A stretch of 64,000 nucleotides of DNA from NCBI GenBank assembly GCA_964035545.1, contig OZ037767.1, forward strand, positions 24,196,628 to 24,260,627. Direction: 5' to 3'. This document shows positions 1 through 15,000 of this stretch, piece by piece (the first letter of the stretch is position 1; every line of letters starts with the position of its first letter). A program made the translations under genes and the position numbers. Origin of the DNA: Bugula neritina. Its lineage: Eukaryota > Animalia > Bryozoa. A model generated the notes under the pieces. That model made no database searches. It saw only the letters and a list, made by a program, of their open reading frames with translations, and had not been told where the DNA came from.

Positions 1-32
1 TGCATAATTCTACTCTAATAAGGCAAACATAC

Positions 33-3000
33 CTTCATAAAAGTCTTAATTTTCTGAGGTTTTCTGTTCCCAGTGACAGCATTAACCTCTCCAGGCATAA
101 TCACATGTTCAACATAGAGCTTTTTAAGTTCAAGGCCAAACCACTCCAATCTACAAACATCACACCCTCATTTCTGTTAGAGAAAACGTCATAAGCCTGC
201 TCCAATTAACTTTTGTAAGTTGCGAAGTAAGTTTGTCAATTTTTCTGTTTGCTTAAGGCAAACAATTGCAGCATGTGAAGTTGTCTACTTTTCAATAAAA
301 CTAGCACGTAACTAAACTGAATATTTTTAAGCATAAACTTTTTTCCAATAAAGAGCCACTTTGATCAAATGTGGGCTAAACCCTAGTGTATCAATACTGT
401 ATAGACTTTTGAGCTAATATTTAAAAAGCAAAACAACACTTGTAACAGCTATAGTGCAGCTATATAAACAATAAATAATATCTGAACAGCTCTAAATTGT
501 GGAGCAAAAATTACTAAAAATGGCACTTGCTGCTAAAATAGATGTAACTACTGTTGCTAACTCTAACTTACCCGACACTAGTTAAACAGTTAACTCACCT
601 GCATTGATGGATGACAGTGTCATTTTCTGGATGGGATGTGATTAGCACTTTTTCAAGCACCTGCTTGCACTGGTCAACCTGGTAAATCCAGTTCTGTGTG
701 TCTTTCAGCAGGACAACAAGAGGCACAGAAAACAGCATATTGATTACAACTTCTGCAGCCACAACATCAAACCTCTAAAACATCCACGCTGCCATTTTAA
801 TCATAATGCATAATGTGAAATAAAAGAGACAGTCAAACATTGAGATTTGGTTAAACATTTAAACGTATTTTAAAGTATATAGTTATTTTGGTTATATAAC
901 TATTTTGACCAAACAGGGCACAACAGTTTACGCAACAACACAATTAGCTCTAAACATCAAATATACATAAATATTTTAAATAATAATTTGGGTAACACTT
1001 TGGGGAATAACTCAAAGTTTCTTGCATTATAAAAAAGCTGGTGCATTACTCATTGTTAAAATAGTTATACAGATAAACAACATGAAATTTAACACAAGAT
1101 ATATGTTTCTTTATTTTATCACTGCATGAGTAAGTAGAAACTGCTTGAAAACTCACAGGCATTTGTTTCTTGAGCTGTGAAAAAGTAGACTCTACATTCC
1201 TGACCAAGGATAACATTTTGCCAGTACTGTGTACACCAACATCACTGACGGCTGCTTCATTTTCTTCAGAAGATGTCTTGCCATCTCGCTCCAATGTACA
1301 GATCCTGTCTTTGACTGCTTGAGATACGGAGTCTTTTGTGGTGCACGGTTCAACCCTGAAGACTGCCAGCAAATTAGATATCTGCTCCTTTAACTCATCG
1401 GCTATGAGATGAATGTGTGCAATGGTCAAATCTTCGTCATGCTTCAACTCAATATACTTGCTAAATGCTTTCTGTATAATCTAAAATATGACAATATCTT
1501 TAATACAAGATATCCTATCCAAGGTATACCATCAACTGGTTACGGCATCAGCACTTGAAATCTCCTAAAATGCTATTAAATAGATATTATTTTGAGATTC
1601 TATTCATTATAATTTATACCAGAACACTGTTTGGAGTACAAATATCGTTTACCAATTTGAAAGTAAAAACTACTTGCTATTTCAAAAATGTGTCATTTAG
1701 CTTACGTGTAATTTCTCCAGCTCTAGTAAGTGTATTATTTTTTAAACATGTTTTTGTTTTAAAATTAGCGTGGTTCATGCACATGTCAAACTGGCAGACA
1801 TAATCTCAATTTATGAACAATTAAGCACCATCAAAACTTTATTACAGATTTATCCTTAGAAAATAGTTTTTTTTACATTTTTAAAAACAGGTTTGTTATC
1901 TAGCAAAAACAATAAACAGAACTTCGTTTTCAAAAGCATTAGACGTACAGGATAGAGGTGAATTTATCAGATTAGCCTGAATATTAGCAACTTAATCAAA
2001 ACTTTGTTTAGAAGCACAAAACTGATAGCGTATGACAAACCCAATGCTCTGTCTCGTCTGAACAATGATAGCTCATGTACACAAAATCATGCAGGTAGGC
2101 GTTCATCATTCTGGAGTAGAGCTCAGTGTTGGTAAACTGCTCAACAATTCTGCCCATCAAAGATTTGTTGAAAGGATCAATCAGCCAACTTCCGGTCAAA
2201 TCTGTAGTGCATATGACAATTCATAAACACTTCATCATAATTAATCAATTAATTATGTACAAAAAACAAAAATAGTCATTCTAAATTTCAATTGCCTATT
2301 TTTCCTTTATTTCAAGTTGTAACTTATTTGATTTGAACGAACTTTAATTAGAAAGTTATACAAACTAGTAAAATATGCAGTGTGCTTAGTTTAAAAAAAC
2401 AGTTAATCTTATCTCAGTGACACACATACACAACCACAGAAGTTATTTAATATCCATTGCTTCCAGTTAAAACTATTCTTAATTTTAATTATATTTGATT
2501 AACTTCAATTAAATATTTAATACTTGATGAGCAAATGGCTACTAGATATATAAAGCACACTTCCACTGTTGAAGAGCGTTATTAATTGTTAAAAGGACGG
2601 CATGTGATGCATATACTATGTAATTTGGTTTCATGCAGTCATATTCACATAAAATAGTTGCTTTTTAAATAAAGATCGGATTTTCGAGCTCAAACACGAA
2701 ACAAATTACACAAATCAAATTGTTGCTGTTTATTTAACTAAAAAAACCATTCCAGTCAGAAATTGTCCAGCCGATAACATCTCATACAAATTCTTAGCAA
2801 TAAGCAGTGAAATATGTGAGCAAAATCTATTATAATATTGCATATTGTATGCTGCTAATGCATAATATATACTATAGATGCAGCATACACTATATATGCA
2901 TCACCAATGGTTGCTAGAAATCAGATTGTGCTGCTATCCAAAATAGTAAAAACAATTACCAAATATGCTTTTACAGGCAAAAGACAAAATCTACATACTG

Positions 3001-6000
3001 TACCTGTGAGAACTCCTGAAGGCTTGAAAACAGTCACCATCTTGTCGATAACTTCTTTCACAATCCAGGAAAATGGAAATTTGTTTGTGAAATTAGCATT
3101 TCCTTTACCAGCTGAGCGCAATAAAAATGATGTTGGAAGTCGCTGAAATTGAAAATATGACAACGCTGTGTAATAGCTGATTATAATCTAGCACTATTTG
3201 TTAGTTTAAGAAAGGCCTACTGCTTAACAAATTGTTTAACTTTGTAGTGATTTTGGGTCTACATTAATTTGGATTCTCTACGCTAAATATTGCGTTAGCT
3301 GTGCTAACTTAGGAAGTTATAGACGCATCTTGAAAATTAACTTTTTGAATGAAAATCATGATGCCATCAGCACATCTTTAGCTCAGTGGCTAGTCAATAA
3401 CAACACTCAATCATAATTAAAATATAAATATTTGGTGTTTTTATAACAAAACTCAAAGCATTCGTTTCTTATTCAGTTTATGGGAATGACCAAGTACTTC
3501 ATGACTGCCGGCTTTCTGAAAATTTCACATGACTAGCCATCTTGGTGAACTAAAGTTTCAGTTTCTTCAACATGTAAGGTTAATTCATTAAAATAAATTA
3601 GGTTGCACATATCAAAGGCAATATTGTGCACGCACACTGTTTATTAATTGTTATTAAATTATCTTTTAAAACCTGCATGATTTTTACACTATTCTTGGCT
3701 CACCAATCTTACTGATGAAATAAAACATACTTTTAAAAGCAGATAAAAATTGAGGTTAATAATAATGATAATTTAACTCACAGAGGATCCAGTTTTTCCT
3801 GAACTGGTCTGTGTTATTTGATCAAAATTCAAGCCAAATTCACCACAATGCGAAAATATCTGCAGCCACAAAGATTTAATTCCCTCATCATCTTGATTGA
3901 GAATTTTCAGATTTTTTTGTCTGTCGATGAACACAATAACAGCTGCTAATGCAGGTCTAAAAGACCTTTCCAAGGAGTCTTCTAAAGCATGCCTGTATAA
4001 TTATACAACACCATATTAATATTAAGCTAATAATAAGCAAATTTATATATACATTTAGCTTCTATATTTTGTTTACTTAAGGAGACAAAAAATACCTAAC
4101 AACAGTTTAAAGCAGCCAAACTTTTACAGAAAATAAATCAATTTACAAGTTTGTGCACACCTTGTATAATTCTGTCTTTGCTATTTGAAACTGTGTTACT
4201 AAAAATCTTTGGCAAATAATTTGGAAAGATGAAATCTTTTGTCAACCATTCATTACTATTTAAGATTTACTATCAGAATATTTTACTAGTTAATTGCTTG
4301 TTTTGAAGTACTTAGAACATGCTCAAAAGTATTTTTTAAGATATAAAAGTTTTCAGAGCACCAGCAACTAACCTTTACCAATTTTATAGAATTCTATTGT
4401 TATTAAAGATAGAATTGTCTCATGTGAGTATCATTATCGTAATAGGCATATCAATTGGCTATTGGAATATAAATCACCTGAGTGTCTCAGACTTCTTCAT
4501 GTTACTGGCATTTGCGGCATCTGTCTTCACCCAATCACATGTGGAGAACTCCTCTTGTCTACGCAGCAGCTCATAGACATGCTTCAAGAATACACCTCTA
4601 AACTCTGCAATAAATACCGTAATTGAAAATTAAATGCAGAAAATAAAAAATATGCAAGTGCAAAGAGACATATCTATAAATCAGCAGCTTATAAATTTCA
4701 ATAAGTATTTAATGTTAGTTAATAAGACAACATAAAATTGAAAGGCAGATTCAAATCAAAGTGCTGCCTACCTAATTTGCTGTAGATGTGTCTAATTTCT
4801 GATAGCCTGTCATAATGGTCAGCACACTCAATGAGAGACATAGCATACGGCAAACAGTCTCTTATAAACTGCATGATATCTTCTGCATCTTGCGTGGTTT
4901 CTAACTCTACAGCTGGCAAATCAATGGTGTAGGGTTTAGGCATCTCTGGATCCTGTAACTGTGAACTCTCAGTCTTTAGACCTGTTGGTACATCGAGCTC
5001 TTGATGTGTCTGACCTTCAGTGTCTAGATCCGCCTGGTGCTCAGTCTGTAGAACTGTAGTCTCCATAGCTGGCTGATGGCCAGCCTCCATATCTGTCCAA
5101 TCTCCAGCTACCAGATCTCTCTGTTGTTTAGTCTCTAGATCTGTTTCATCTTCAGTGTCCTCATCTGTTTCATCTTCCGTGTCCGCATCTGTTTCATCAT
5201 CAGTGTCCACAACTGTCTGATCTTCAGCCTCCAGTACTGTCTGATCTTCAGCCTCCAGTACTGTCTGATGTCTAGTCTCTAAATTTGTTTCATCTTCCGT
5301 GTCCACATCTGGCTGATCTTCAGTCTTCAGATCTGTTTCATCTTGAGTCTCCAGTACTGTCTGATTTTCAGGCTCCAGAGCTGGTGAATTCTTGATTTGT
5401 TGATCTACTGACTCATCTGATTCACTTTCTGCTACATCAGATGCGACAGACTCTCCATCAGAGTCTGTATCCTCATCCTATAATAACAAACACGCGAGTT
5501 CTATATAATATATTGACATTAGCTTAACAATTGTCAACGAATCTGTTGCAAGTTACAAGTTCGAGCTTTACAAATTTAAAAATAACTAAAACCTGAGCAA
5601 AGTAAATTACAGATGATGGATATTTTATGTCAAGATAGAGAAAGTAAAAACATTTGCTTCTTATTGGTTGACAATTATCTCCAGCATTGCTTCAATGCAA
5701 TAAAATAAAACAATTTGCTTTATTTCTTTCACTGAGGTTATTTAACGCTTAGTTACTTTCTAAACACACCTCGGACACATCTTCTAGGGGTGGCAAGTCA
5801 TCCAAGGAATCACAATTGTCTGCATTGTCTTGTTTATTAGCTTCGTGTTTAAAATTCAAAACACTTCTGATTAGTTGACTTGGCTTGATTTCCAGGCACT
5901 TCCGCAGAGAGGGTAGCCTAAACTGTGGAGGTCGAGGATCATCTATGTGGACACAAGTCCAATTTCCACCTGTGCACAGCATAGTAATAGTTTGCTTTAC

Positions 6001-9000
6001 ACCTCTATTGTTTTCTTATATTCCAGTTTGAGGCATAGGTTATATACTATTTCTTACTAATCTGACTTTGCTTCGTTAAACTTCTTTATGAATATGATTA
6101 AGAAGTTTTTATAAAAAAAATCAACAGTCTTATAGCTATAAATTTAATAAAACTACGTCTAGACTTCGTTAAGAAATGCAAGAAAGAATTTAAAACATTG
6201 TTTCAATTAAAAATTATATAACACAATACACATTTATACTTATCATCATAGATAAACAAACAAATACCAATACATGGGTGGCTAGTGCGGTGATATAATT
6301 AAAATAGAAGAAGAAATCAGTATAACCTTGATAGCCAGCATACTCTTGCCCTCTAGCCAGGCTAAGCAGAAGAATGGTGTGTGTGCAGTACTCTGCTGCT
6401 GTTGGAGACTCTCTCTGTATGATGTATCTTACTGAATCTAGCAGCTCTATGCTTTCATTGGCCGATTCACACTGTATCAGCAGTAACTTTGTGCTCTGCT
6501 CAGAAAACCTTCCATAGAAAGATCTAGAAATTGTATAGAATAATTGTGCTGATTCAGAGTTTGATATTAATATACTTTACTTTTTTCTTTTGGCTTTGAA
6601 GTCTAAAAATTTGATGAGAAGCTTTTAATATGAACATGAAGTACACTATAATATGACATATTAGCAGCTCAAAATCACAAACATGCGCATACATGTGATT
6701 TTTGACAAACAAAAACATACATGGAAACACTTAAAATATAAATATTGTATCTTCACAAGCATCAAAATGTTTTCTAAAATTTTATAAACGAATAGCTGGA
6801 GCATAACATTTGAAACACAGTATTTTTTTCATGTATTTAGTTTAGATTTTATGTCAATAAAAAAGTTGGGAATAAAAAGGGGTTACATTCTCACAGGAAA
6901 TCCTAGCTTAGAAAATTGCGACAAACCTGACAGCTTCGGTAAAAAGACTCTCTTTTGAAAAGTTTTTCAGGAAGATAGTTTTGATTTCAACAGGTGTATT
7001 CAGCTGGTGCTGCAGAGAGTCAATGTCTTCATAGCTCATCAGCTCAGCAAATGTCGTCACCTGCAGAATATTACCTCAAAAATATAAAAAGTTCTGTTGT
7101 TTACCAACACTTTTTATAAGCGTTTTTTAGCTTGCTGACCAACCTATGACATGGCTAATATAGTGTAAAACCACAGCATCACACTCAACAAGAAGGGCAC
7201 TCTTTGAAATTATACTAAAGCCAGATTTATATTTTCACAATTAGACAAAAAGATAATTTTATGAAGTTTTCTTGCAATACAAGAAAACTTATCAAACTCT
7301 TTGTCTTGAGACCCTTTTTTCAACCCATGTCCAGCATGAAATGTGATAGATACCTGAATTCGCAATGCCTGCTCACTGTCAGCATGCTGACTTAGTGCAT
7401 AGTTGAGAAACTGTAAGAGTGTCTCATGACAATGGCGCTCAAGGTACATGGCTTGAATTTCTGCAGCTTCCTCCTTCAACACAGTTCTATCCAGTCTAAG
7501 AATGCACTCGGCAGTGGCACATTGCAACATGTAGGACTTGGCTCTTTTCAATACCTAAAGTTAGAGTGAATGCTATATTCATTACATCACATATAAAATT
7601 TAACAAACTAAAAATTACAAGAATATACACAACGATACAGCTTACATCAACATAGCAAATAATTAATTATATAATAGAGATTCATTGAACAACAAAATAT
7701 AGTAAAGTTATTGTATGAACATAAGAATTTATGCGTGAAATTGGCTTTGATGTCTGAAGTGCTATAGTGAACTTTTTTATTTACTAGAAGCCACCTTCCA
7801 TTTGGGAATCACTGAAGCAATATCTCAACAGCACCACAACAGTCAATAAAACATAATTGAACATACAAAAAAGAGTAGTCATACATACTATTTTCCATAG
7901 CTGGTCAAAACTTGTTATTTCTGTTTTCTGATCAGAGGCTTTCCTCACTACCAAAGCTGTGCATTCCGAACTGTAGCCAATGAATGACGTGGCAACAGCA
8001 GAATTTTCAAAGTATTGCCTAAATCACACATTTTTAAAATTAAATAAATTAAATAACTTAACTCCTAATATTTATGCCATAGACTCTGCTATAATAACTC
8101 AATGAGATAACAGAGCAAAAGTGGTCGAATACCTGTAAGTTGGTTTGCTGTGTGTGAATTCACCAACAATGCCAATTTTATTAATAAAATTACCTCTTCT
8201 CAAGAGCTGCCTTGTCTATAGTCCACTCAAAGTCCACTATATGATGATCACAGTCTTTAACAGGACAAGTCTCTCTCATCACTTGACGGCAGCACTCACC
8301 AATATAGTGTTGTTCTGGGCAAGGCACTCGGTATGGCACGCTTAAATACTTCCCACAGCCATTGCAATTTTCTGGGCAGGACTTCCTATAATAAAAACAG
8401 TCGCTTTTGAGTTATTTAATGTTGTGTAAATTTGAATAACATAAGGCTTATCTAAAATCTGAAAATCAAAAATGTCAATATCTGAAAATCTGGTGTGGTG
8501 ACAATAATTGGTATTTAATAGTATTCACTAACTTATTATATTTTAATATAAAAACCTCTAAAACTGCTTTTTCAACTAAAAAAGCTACAAACTACAATTA
8601 TCAATCCCTGCTTAAATTTACAAACGGATATAACTTTTAAAACCTGCCTACATTTGCTAATATAAAAGTTAAAAAAAATATAATTAAAATTTACTCACGA
8701 AGTTAGATTGAACGGCTGAACAAACTTGGTCAGCCAATTTTCCAGCTGTTCTTTAACTGCCTTCTGGTCAGCGGTAAGGAGTGAAGTGGTAGAGACGTAG
8801 TGCTTCTCTAAGCGATTGATCAGAGGTATGGGAAACTGAGAATGTACTTTGTTTTTGTCAGCTATAAGCACTAGCCTAAACAGACAAATGACAGTTGAAA
8901 TTGTCAAAGATAACTTTGCAAAAATATTTGTAACACATGTTAACACTATACATGGGTGTATTGAGCCGAATGCTGTCCCATTATCCTTACAACTGACATT

Positions 9001-12000
9001 CTAATGCTGGTCACCTAACATTTACCATTACCTGAACGAGTCATGTACAAATGCCTTCACACGGTGAGTGCCAAGTCCGAGATCAACAAACTTCTTGTTC
9101 CCCCACTTAGAGAAATACTGATTCAAAGCATCGTATAGACTTTCATACAAGTCATCTAAGTTAAGCAGTATCACTGGTCTACCCATATCCATACACATCT
9201 TTATTCTGTACAGGTTATGGCAAACCTAAAGATTAAATCGTTCGACTATTTAGATATGCAAAGTTTGATTTCACAGTGTTGACCAAATTATTTATTTAAA
9301 TTCTCTTGCTTGTGATGAAAGATAGACAACGTTATTCCAGTATAAATTATCAACTAAAAAGCTTTGCCAGTGAGTATTATCATGGCCATGGAATGCCATC
9401 TATGTGTAGACAGAATTATGGAAGTTGTAGCACACAAAATATATGCAGTAAAAGCCTTTAGCACAGTTTTCTTCCACCAATACGATTGAAATAGAAGCTA
9501 TCAGAAACAATAACAAACAGACCTGTGTGTAGGACACATCATCACTGAATCTGCTGCCAAAAACCACTTCAGGGTGAAGGTCATTCTCAGCAAATTGATC
9601 AAGAATCACACTGAGAACACTGAGGTTTTCAGTGAGCACTAGCAAATAGCGGCTATCCATTCTGTTGAAAACAAATCATGATATAAACAAGACTATCAAG
9701 CGTTTATAGAGAAAGTTGATTACAACGTCTAAATGCCATAGGACCTAGCCAGTTCAGGACAATCAGACAACCAACAATACTGGCAAGGTATTTTCAACAA
9801 AGCAATATTATAGAGATTGACCACGTCACTGGCAATGCAATATATATACCCAGCATATAAAGAGTGTATATAATGTTAGTGTTGAGTGTATCTTTGTAAA
9901 GGAATTGGCCAGCCTAGACCTTGACCCTGAGAAAAGGGTGGGGTTAATAACATGTGTAAACAGATTTATAATTGCTGCGTAGATTTTATTCCTTTTCTGT
10001 ATTCTATGCTGAAATAATGTCCCTATACTTGAAGTACACCCGTGAACAATCACACTAAATTGCAGTTGTCTTCTCTTAGATAATTTAAAGTTATGATGCA
10101 CTCAGAAATCTAGCTTCTCAAAAACTGGAAGCAAACCTTAAGAACACCATATTGGTTTTCACACTAACCCAGTAGATGAACCAAAGAGACTTGATTTAAT
10201 TAGTCCAATAGAGTCAGTTGGGGGACCAGATTTAGGTTCTTTCTTCAAACTTTCTATAGCAGGGCAGTGTTTTCTGAATATGGTCATTGGATCAAAAATC
10301 TCCATATCAAAACCCCCAAAGTTTCGCTTGATGCTGTGCTCAACCTGCTCTACAGTCAAGTATCCAGTTCCTCGGGCAAAGTTCACGACCATTTTGATCA
10401 AACTGCAACATTAAAATATCTTTTTTCTCTAAAATTATTTAAATTTTATTTTGCAAAAAACATGTCATAAACTTTATAGTAAAACATATACCCATTTAGA
10501 CTGAAATGCTCTAATTTCGACATAGCACACTGTTACTTGGATATTTATTTATCCTTATTATGTGCATAGCATAGTATCAAAAACTTAGACGTACATAAAT
10601 ACATTGAGGTTGACTTAAATTTAGTGTATTATAAATATTGCTATATTACTATACTATGACTGATACTTTTTAGTTGATGTTTAACTGAAACCTAGTTAAA
10701 ATTAGTTTGTTTATAACCTAGTGTGCTGATTACTTCTGTTGTACAGCCACTGCAAGCAAAACGCCACTCTTAACAGAAACCTTTTGTTATGATATAATCA
10801 TGGTTGCGAAGTGGCTTTTACCAGTTAGGCAACTCTAAGCAGATTTCATTTAGTTGAACAATATTGAGGTAATCCATGTTTTGGGCTTTCTTAAGCATTC
10901 CTTAAACAAAGTAATATATAGAGGTGAGTTAATATTATGTAATCGTAATATAGGAAAAAGTTAGTATTATGTAACTATAATAGTATTTAATATACAGAGA
11001 CAAGCTTATTATCAATGTGACAACTCTAATTTCATTCCAGTTTAGTAAATTATAGCCTCGAAACTGACCTACATAAATAGAACATTCTGAAGGCGCTCTT
11101 AAATCCTAAGCATGTAACAATGAAACTAACCTGTAAAAATCTCTTAAGCCAAAAAACTCAGTTAAATCTCTCCGATCTGGTTTTTTAACTTCGCAAATCC
11201 TTCTATAAGCTGTGGAGAGTGGTGTGATAATGGATTCCACCTCATCACAACGCTGGTTTGATGAGCGACATATCTCTCTACAATGCGAGCATGTTCGAAT
11301 ATATTCGGATTGAGAATACGTTGATAAACTCAAGTCATGAAATAATATCCAGACTACAAACCTAGCAATGACCTCTAGCTCATTTGTGGCAGGGACACCA
11401 ATCTGTATGAAAATGCCTCGGTTCATTTTAGCAGGATCTAATGCCCAGTTGGAAATTCCAATAAAAGCACACTTTTTATGAGGCTCTGGTTCTTCATTTC
11501 CTAAACAGCCATCTTCCAGCAACGGGTGGAGAGTCTAGGGAAAATTTAAAACAAGTCATAACCATTGAGAACTCACAACCACCAAGGAACAAATTGCTAA
11601 CAAAAATTTGTATGACTCTAAAAATGCAACAGATGGCTTAGAATTTACTCATACATTTTTATTAGTTAAATTATTATTGGTTAAAATACATTTCGTTGAC
11701 ATTAGATAGTCTTTGCACATCAATTCTAAAAATATCAAAGGTTTTCTAAGACCCATGAAGTATTTAAGAAGAGGTGATAGCTTTCTTTTATTCACTGCGC
11801 ACCTTCAATGGCATGTTTTCAGAGTCCTCAGCCAGTCCGACTTCGTCCAACACCACGACAGACACAAACTCATCCAAATTCTTCTTCTCTTGAAAAGTGG
11901 CACAATGTTTGAAAACTCCAACAATTCCAGAAGGTGTAGCGTGCTTACTACATTGGAAGGACACCATGTAAGTCTAAAAATCACAATAAAATATAATCAT

Positions 12001-15000
12001 CCCACCAGAAACATAATTTAGCAATTGTTTAGAATTGATACGAGCAGTCAAACAGCATCCATACGTCTTTCATGGCTCTGAATAACTCTCTTTTGGACGT
12101 CCCTCCCTTCATAGCATCCAGCACCATAGCCTTGGAGAGGGACTTTGAACTGCCAGGTTTACCAATAACAAACAGTGGGATTCTGGTCTCAATGCACACT
12201 ATCATCATAAAGACATTCTCCTTGAGAGCTTTGTTCTTAGCAATATTCTTGTGCTGACTGGAGTCCACCACTTCGTTAATCAGCATGTCTTGACATCTAA
12301 AGCATGGAAGTCAGGCTGGTGATGTAGTAGTTTGTGATCATATGTAAAAAGATAAATATGCCTTTTGCCAACCTTTATAATTTAAAACCTTGTAGATTAG
12401 TATAACTGAAATATACTAACAAGCAGTAACATGCCTCGTGATACACTGAAATTCAGTGTTAGACGTTGCAAGCAATTAACGAATTTTATGCTGTGATACA
12501 CTGGCATACATCAAAAGATATTCACGAGGAACAACATGTGCTGGCATACACCAACAGACACTGGTTATACACTAAACTCTAGCAAATAATTTGTAAAACA
12601 ATTCTAAAATCAAATATGAAGTGAAACCGGGAAACTAAAAGGGGACTAGATTTTTACAGATATTGATAGTCTATTGCCCAAAAGGCATTACAGTGAATAA
12701 ATAATAAGTAGTTTAATCTAATGAAGTGTTTGTACACACAATTTAGTGAAATTGCAAAGAAGGGGTGGGGCTTGAAATACTTAATACTTATACATACTCA
12801 CATTATCAGCAGTTTTTACATAAAAGATGCTAAATGCAACCAATTAAATCTTCTGAGTAAGCATTGCATAAGTTGTAAATGCTTGGAACATTTCAGTAGT
12901 AGTTATCTAACCCTGATCACTAACAACAATGTTTTTGAAAAATAATTTTTTTTAGATATATTTTTAAAAGCCAGTGATAGAAACATATGCTATTGTGCTA
13001 TAAGAAACTAGTCTGAAAGCACAGCCATAATACTTACAGTGTGAGTTGCTGAGATAGGATATTTGACCCATTAACCAGCCGGTTACCGAGGAGAGATGAA
13101 ATATCACTGCTAATGGCCTGGACATACTCCTGTCTAGTCTTCTCTTCTAATCTAGCCAGATAGCACACGCCAATAGACAACAGCAGGCTTCGAATCTCAT
13201 CTGTAGGCTAAAGTATATATTTATATAGTATTTAAAAACTGTATTTATATTTGCAAGTGAAACTGTTCTAAAACCCTGATTCGTTTTGAAAACTTGAGTT
13301 GCTGCGAACAGTCAGCTTACTCTAGTTTCTAAACTATGACTGTGTTTACTATAAATTGTTTCTTTGCTTCTAGAACCTGTTACAGAACAACAATAATACA
13401 AAATTACTTCTTTACTAATTTATACCAAATGTTAATGTAACATGGCACAACCACACAGGCAATATGTAAAATCTCTCTCAAAGCAAATAATTCTTTATAG
13501 CTGCTAAAATGATGATACCAACAACTTCCGAGTTACTCATGAAGCTACAGCTTTATTACATTGATCAATATTTAAAGAGACTCCTTGGATAAGCTTCTAG
13601 TTTGAAGAGTTCTCAGATGCACACTACACTTTGGGTTCAGTCATAACACAGACTAATTGACTGTATGTCAACACAACCTAACAGCACAAACTTACTGTTT
13701 AAGATATTTTCATCTTTAACGGTGATATTCTGCAAATGCCGAAAATAATTTCTGACCGAATCAACTAATTTGCAATTATTTTAAATTGCTGATAAAACAT
13801 TATTGCGAGTTACCTGAAAATATTCATTAGCCCTGTTTGCTGTATTGAAAGGGGTGTCAAGTCTTTCTGAACGCAAGCTTTCCATGGCTAAATAGAGAGT
13901 AGTTCGCTGAGAGTAAAACCATTTAGCTACGTCTAGGAATCGCTGAATGTCCCGTAAGCTCACAAAACTGCATTCATCCTGTGAAAAGATGCAGACAATT
14001 GTTAGCAAAAGTTAGGAAAAAAAATTGCCCCATATTATTATTATTATAATATAATTATTACTACATTACCCTGATTTTTCTGATCGAGAGGTTGGAATAT
14101 TAGCCCTATATAAGTATATCAATTGAAAGAAAAATTATGATAGAGTAAAAATCTTCAGAAATTCCAACTTTAAAGCTATAAATCTTGGCAAGCATACGTA
14201 ATGTATCACAGTATATTGAGAATGCTCTCCAATAAAATGCAACTATTTTGAATAAATGACAAATGAATGATATGCATTCTTATAAATTGCATCATTACCA
14301 AGTAAACAATAATTACTAACTAATCATTAAACAAAAATTACCATATAAACAAAAATTACTATTTAAACAACTGTTGCAAATTGAACAATTGAACAATTAA
14401 AAGTAGGATGCTAGCCGTGGCTCTTCTATTCGCCAAGGGCAATTAGAAAAACCCCTAATCTTTTAACAAATCAGGGCTACTAGCTAATACAATAACATTT
14501 AATGATAATAGGTAATGCTTTTATAAACTCTTTTTAAATTATTTCTTAAATGTTTCTACCTGTTGTCTTCTCATGAATGTCTGTGATTTTGCTAGAAGCC
14601 GAGATAAGCAGTCAGCAAGAGATGAACTGAAGTGTATATCAGTGTGGCTGTTGCCATCATCCTGTTGCAATATACACATTCACTTTATTACAATGCTTAC
14701 ATATAAATGCAATATTTCAGTGCTTTGAGAAATAAAAAAAGTATCTACGGTAACTGCAAGCTTATCTGCAAAGGCAAAATATTGAAAAAAACATCAAAAT
14801 TATATCAAATCCCTCTGTTTGAAAAATATATGTAGGACATTTTTGTATTCTAAATCACAACCCAAACAATGAATACTTTTTCTCATAATACACTTTGTAT
14901 GTATTACTTTATCTTGCTATTTTCAACTTTACAATGGGAACTTTAAAACTTAATCTCATCCTTAAGAAACACTAGAACTTATGAATATTTTTTCATTTAA

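Noticed and set aside
8145-8345. Plus-strand 66-aa ORF
   Set aside because: It is the antisense shadow of the RING-like exon. The other plus-strand ORFs (e.g. 11713-12021, 28785-29120, 53112-53342) are likewise antisense to real exons or AT-rich noise.
14400-14490. Possible Helitron 3' end
   Set aside because: There is no clear terminal hairpin and no 5' TC end can be defined.
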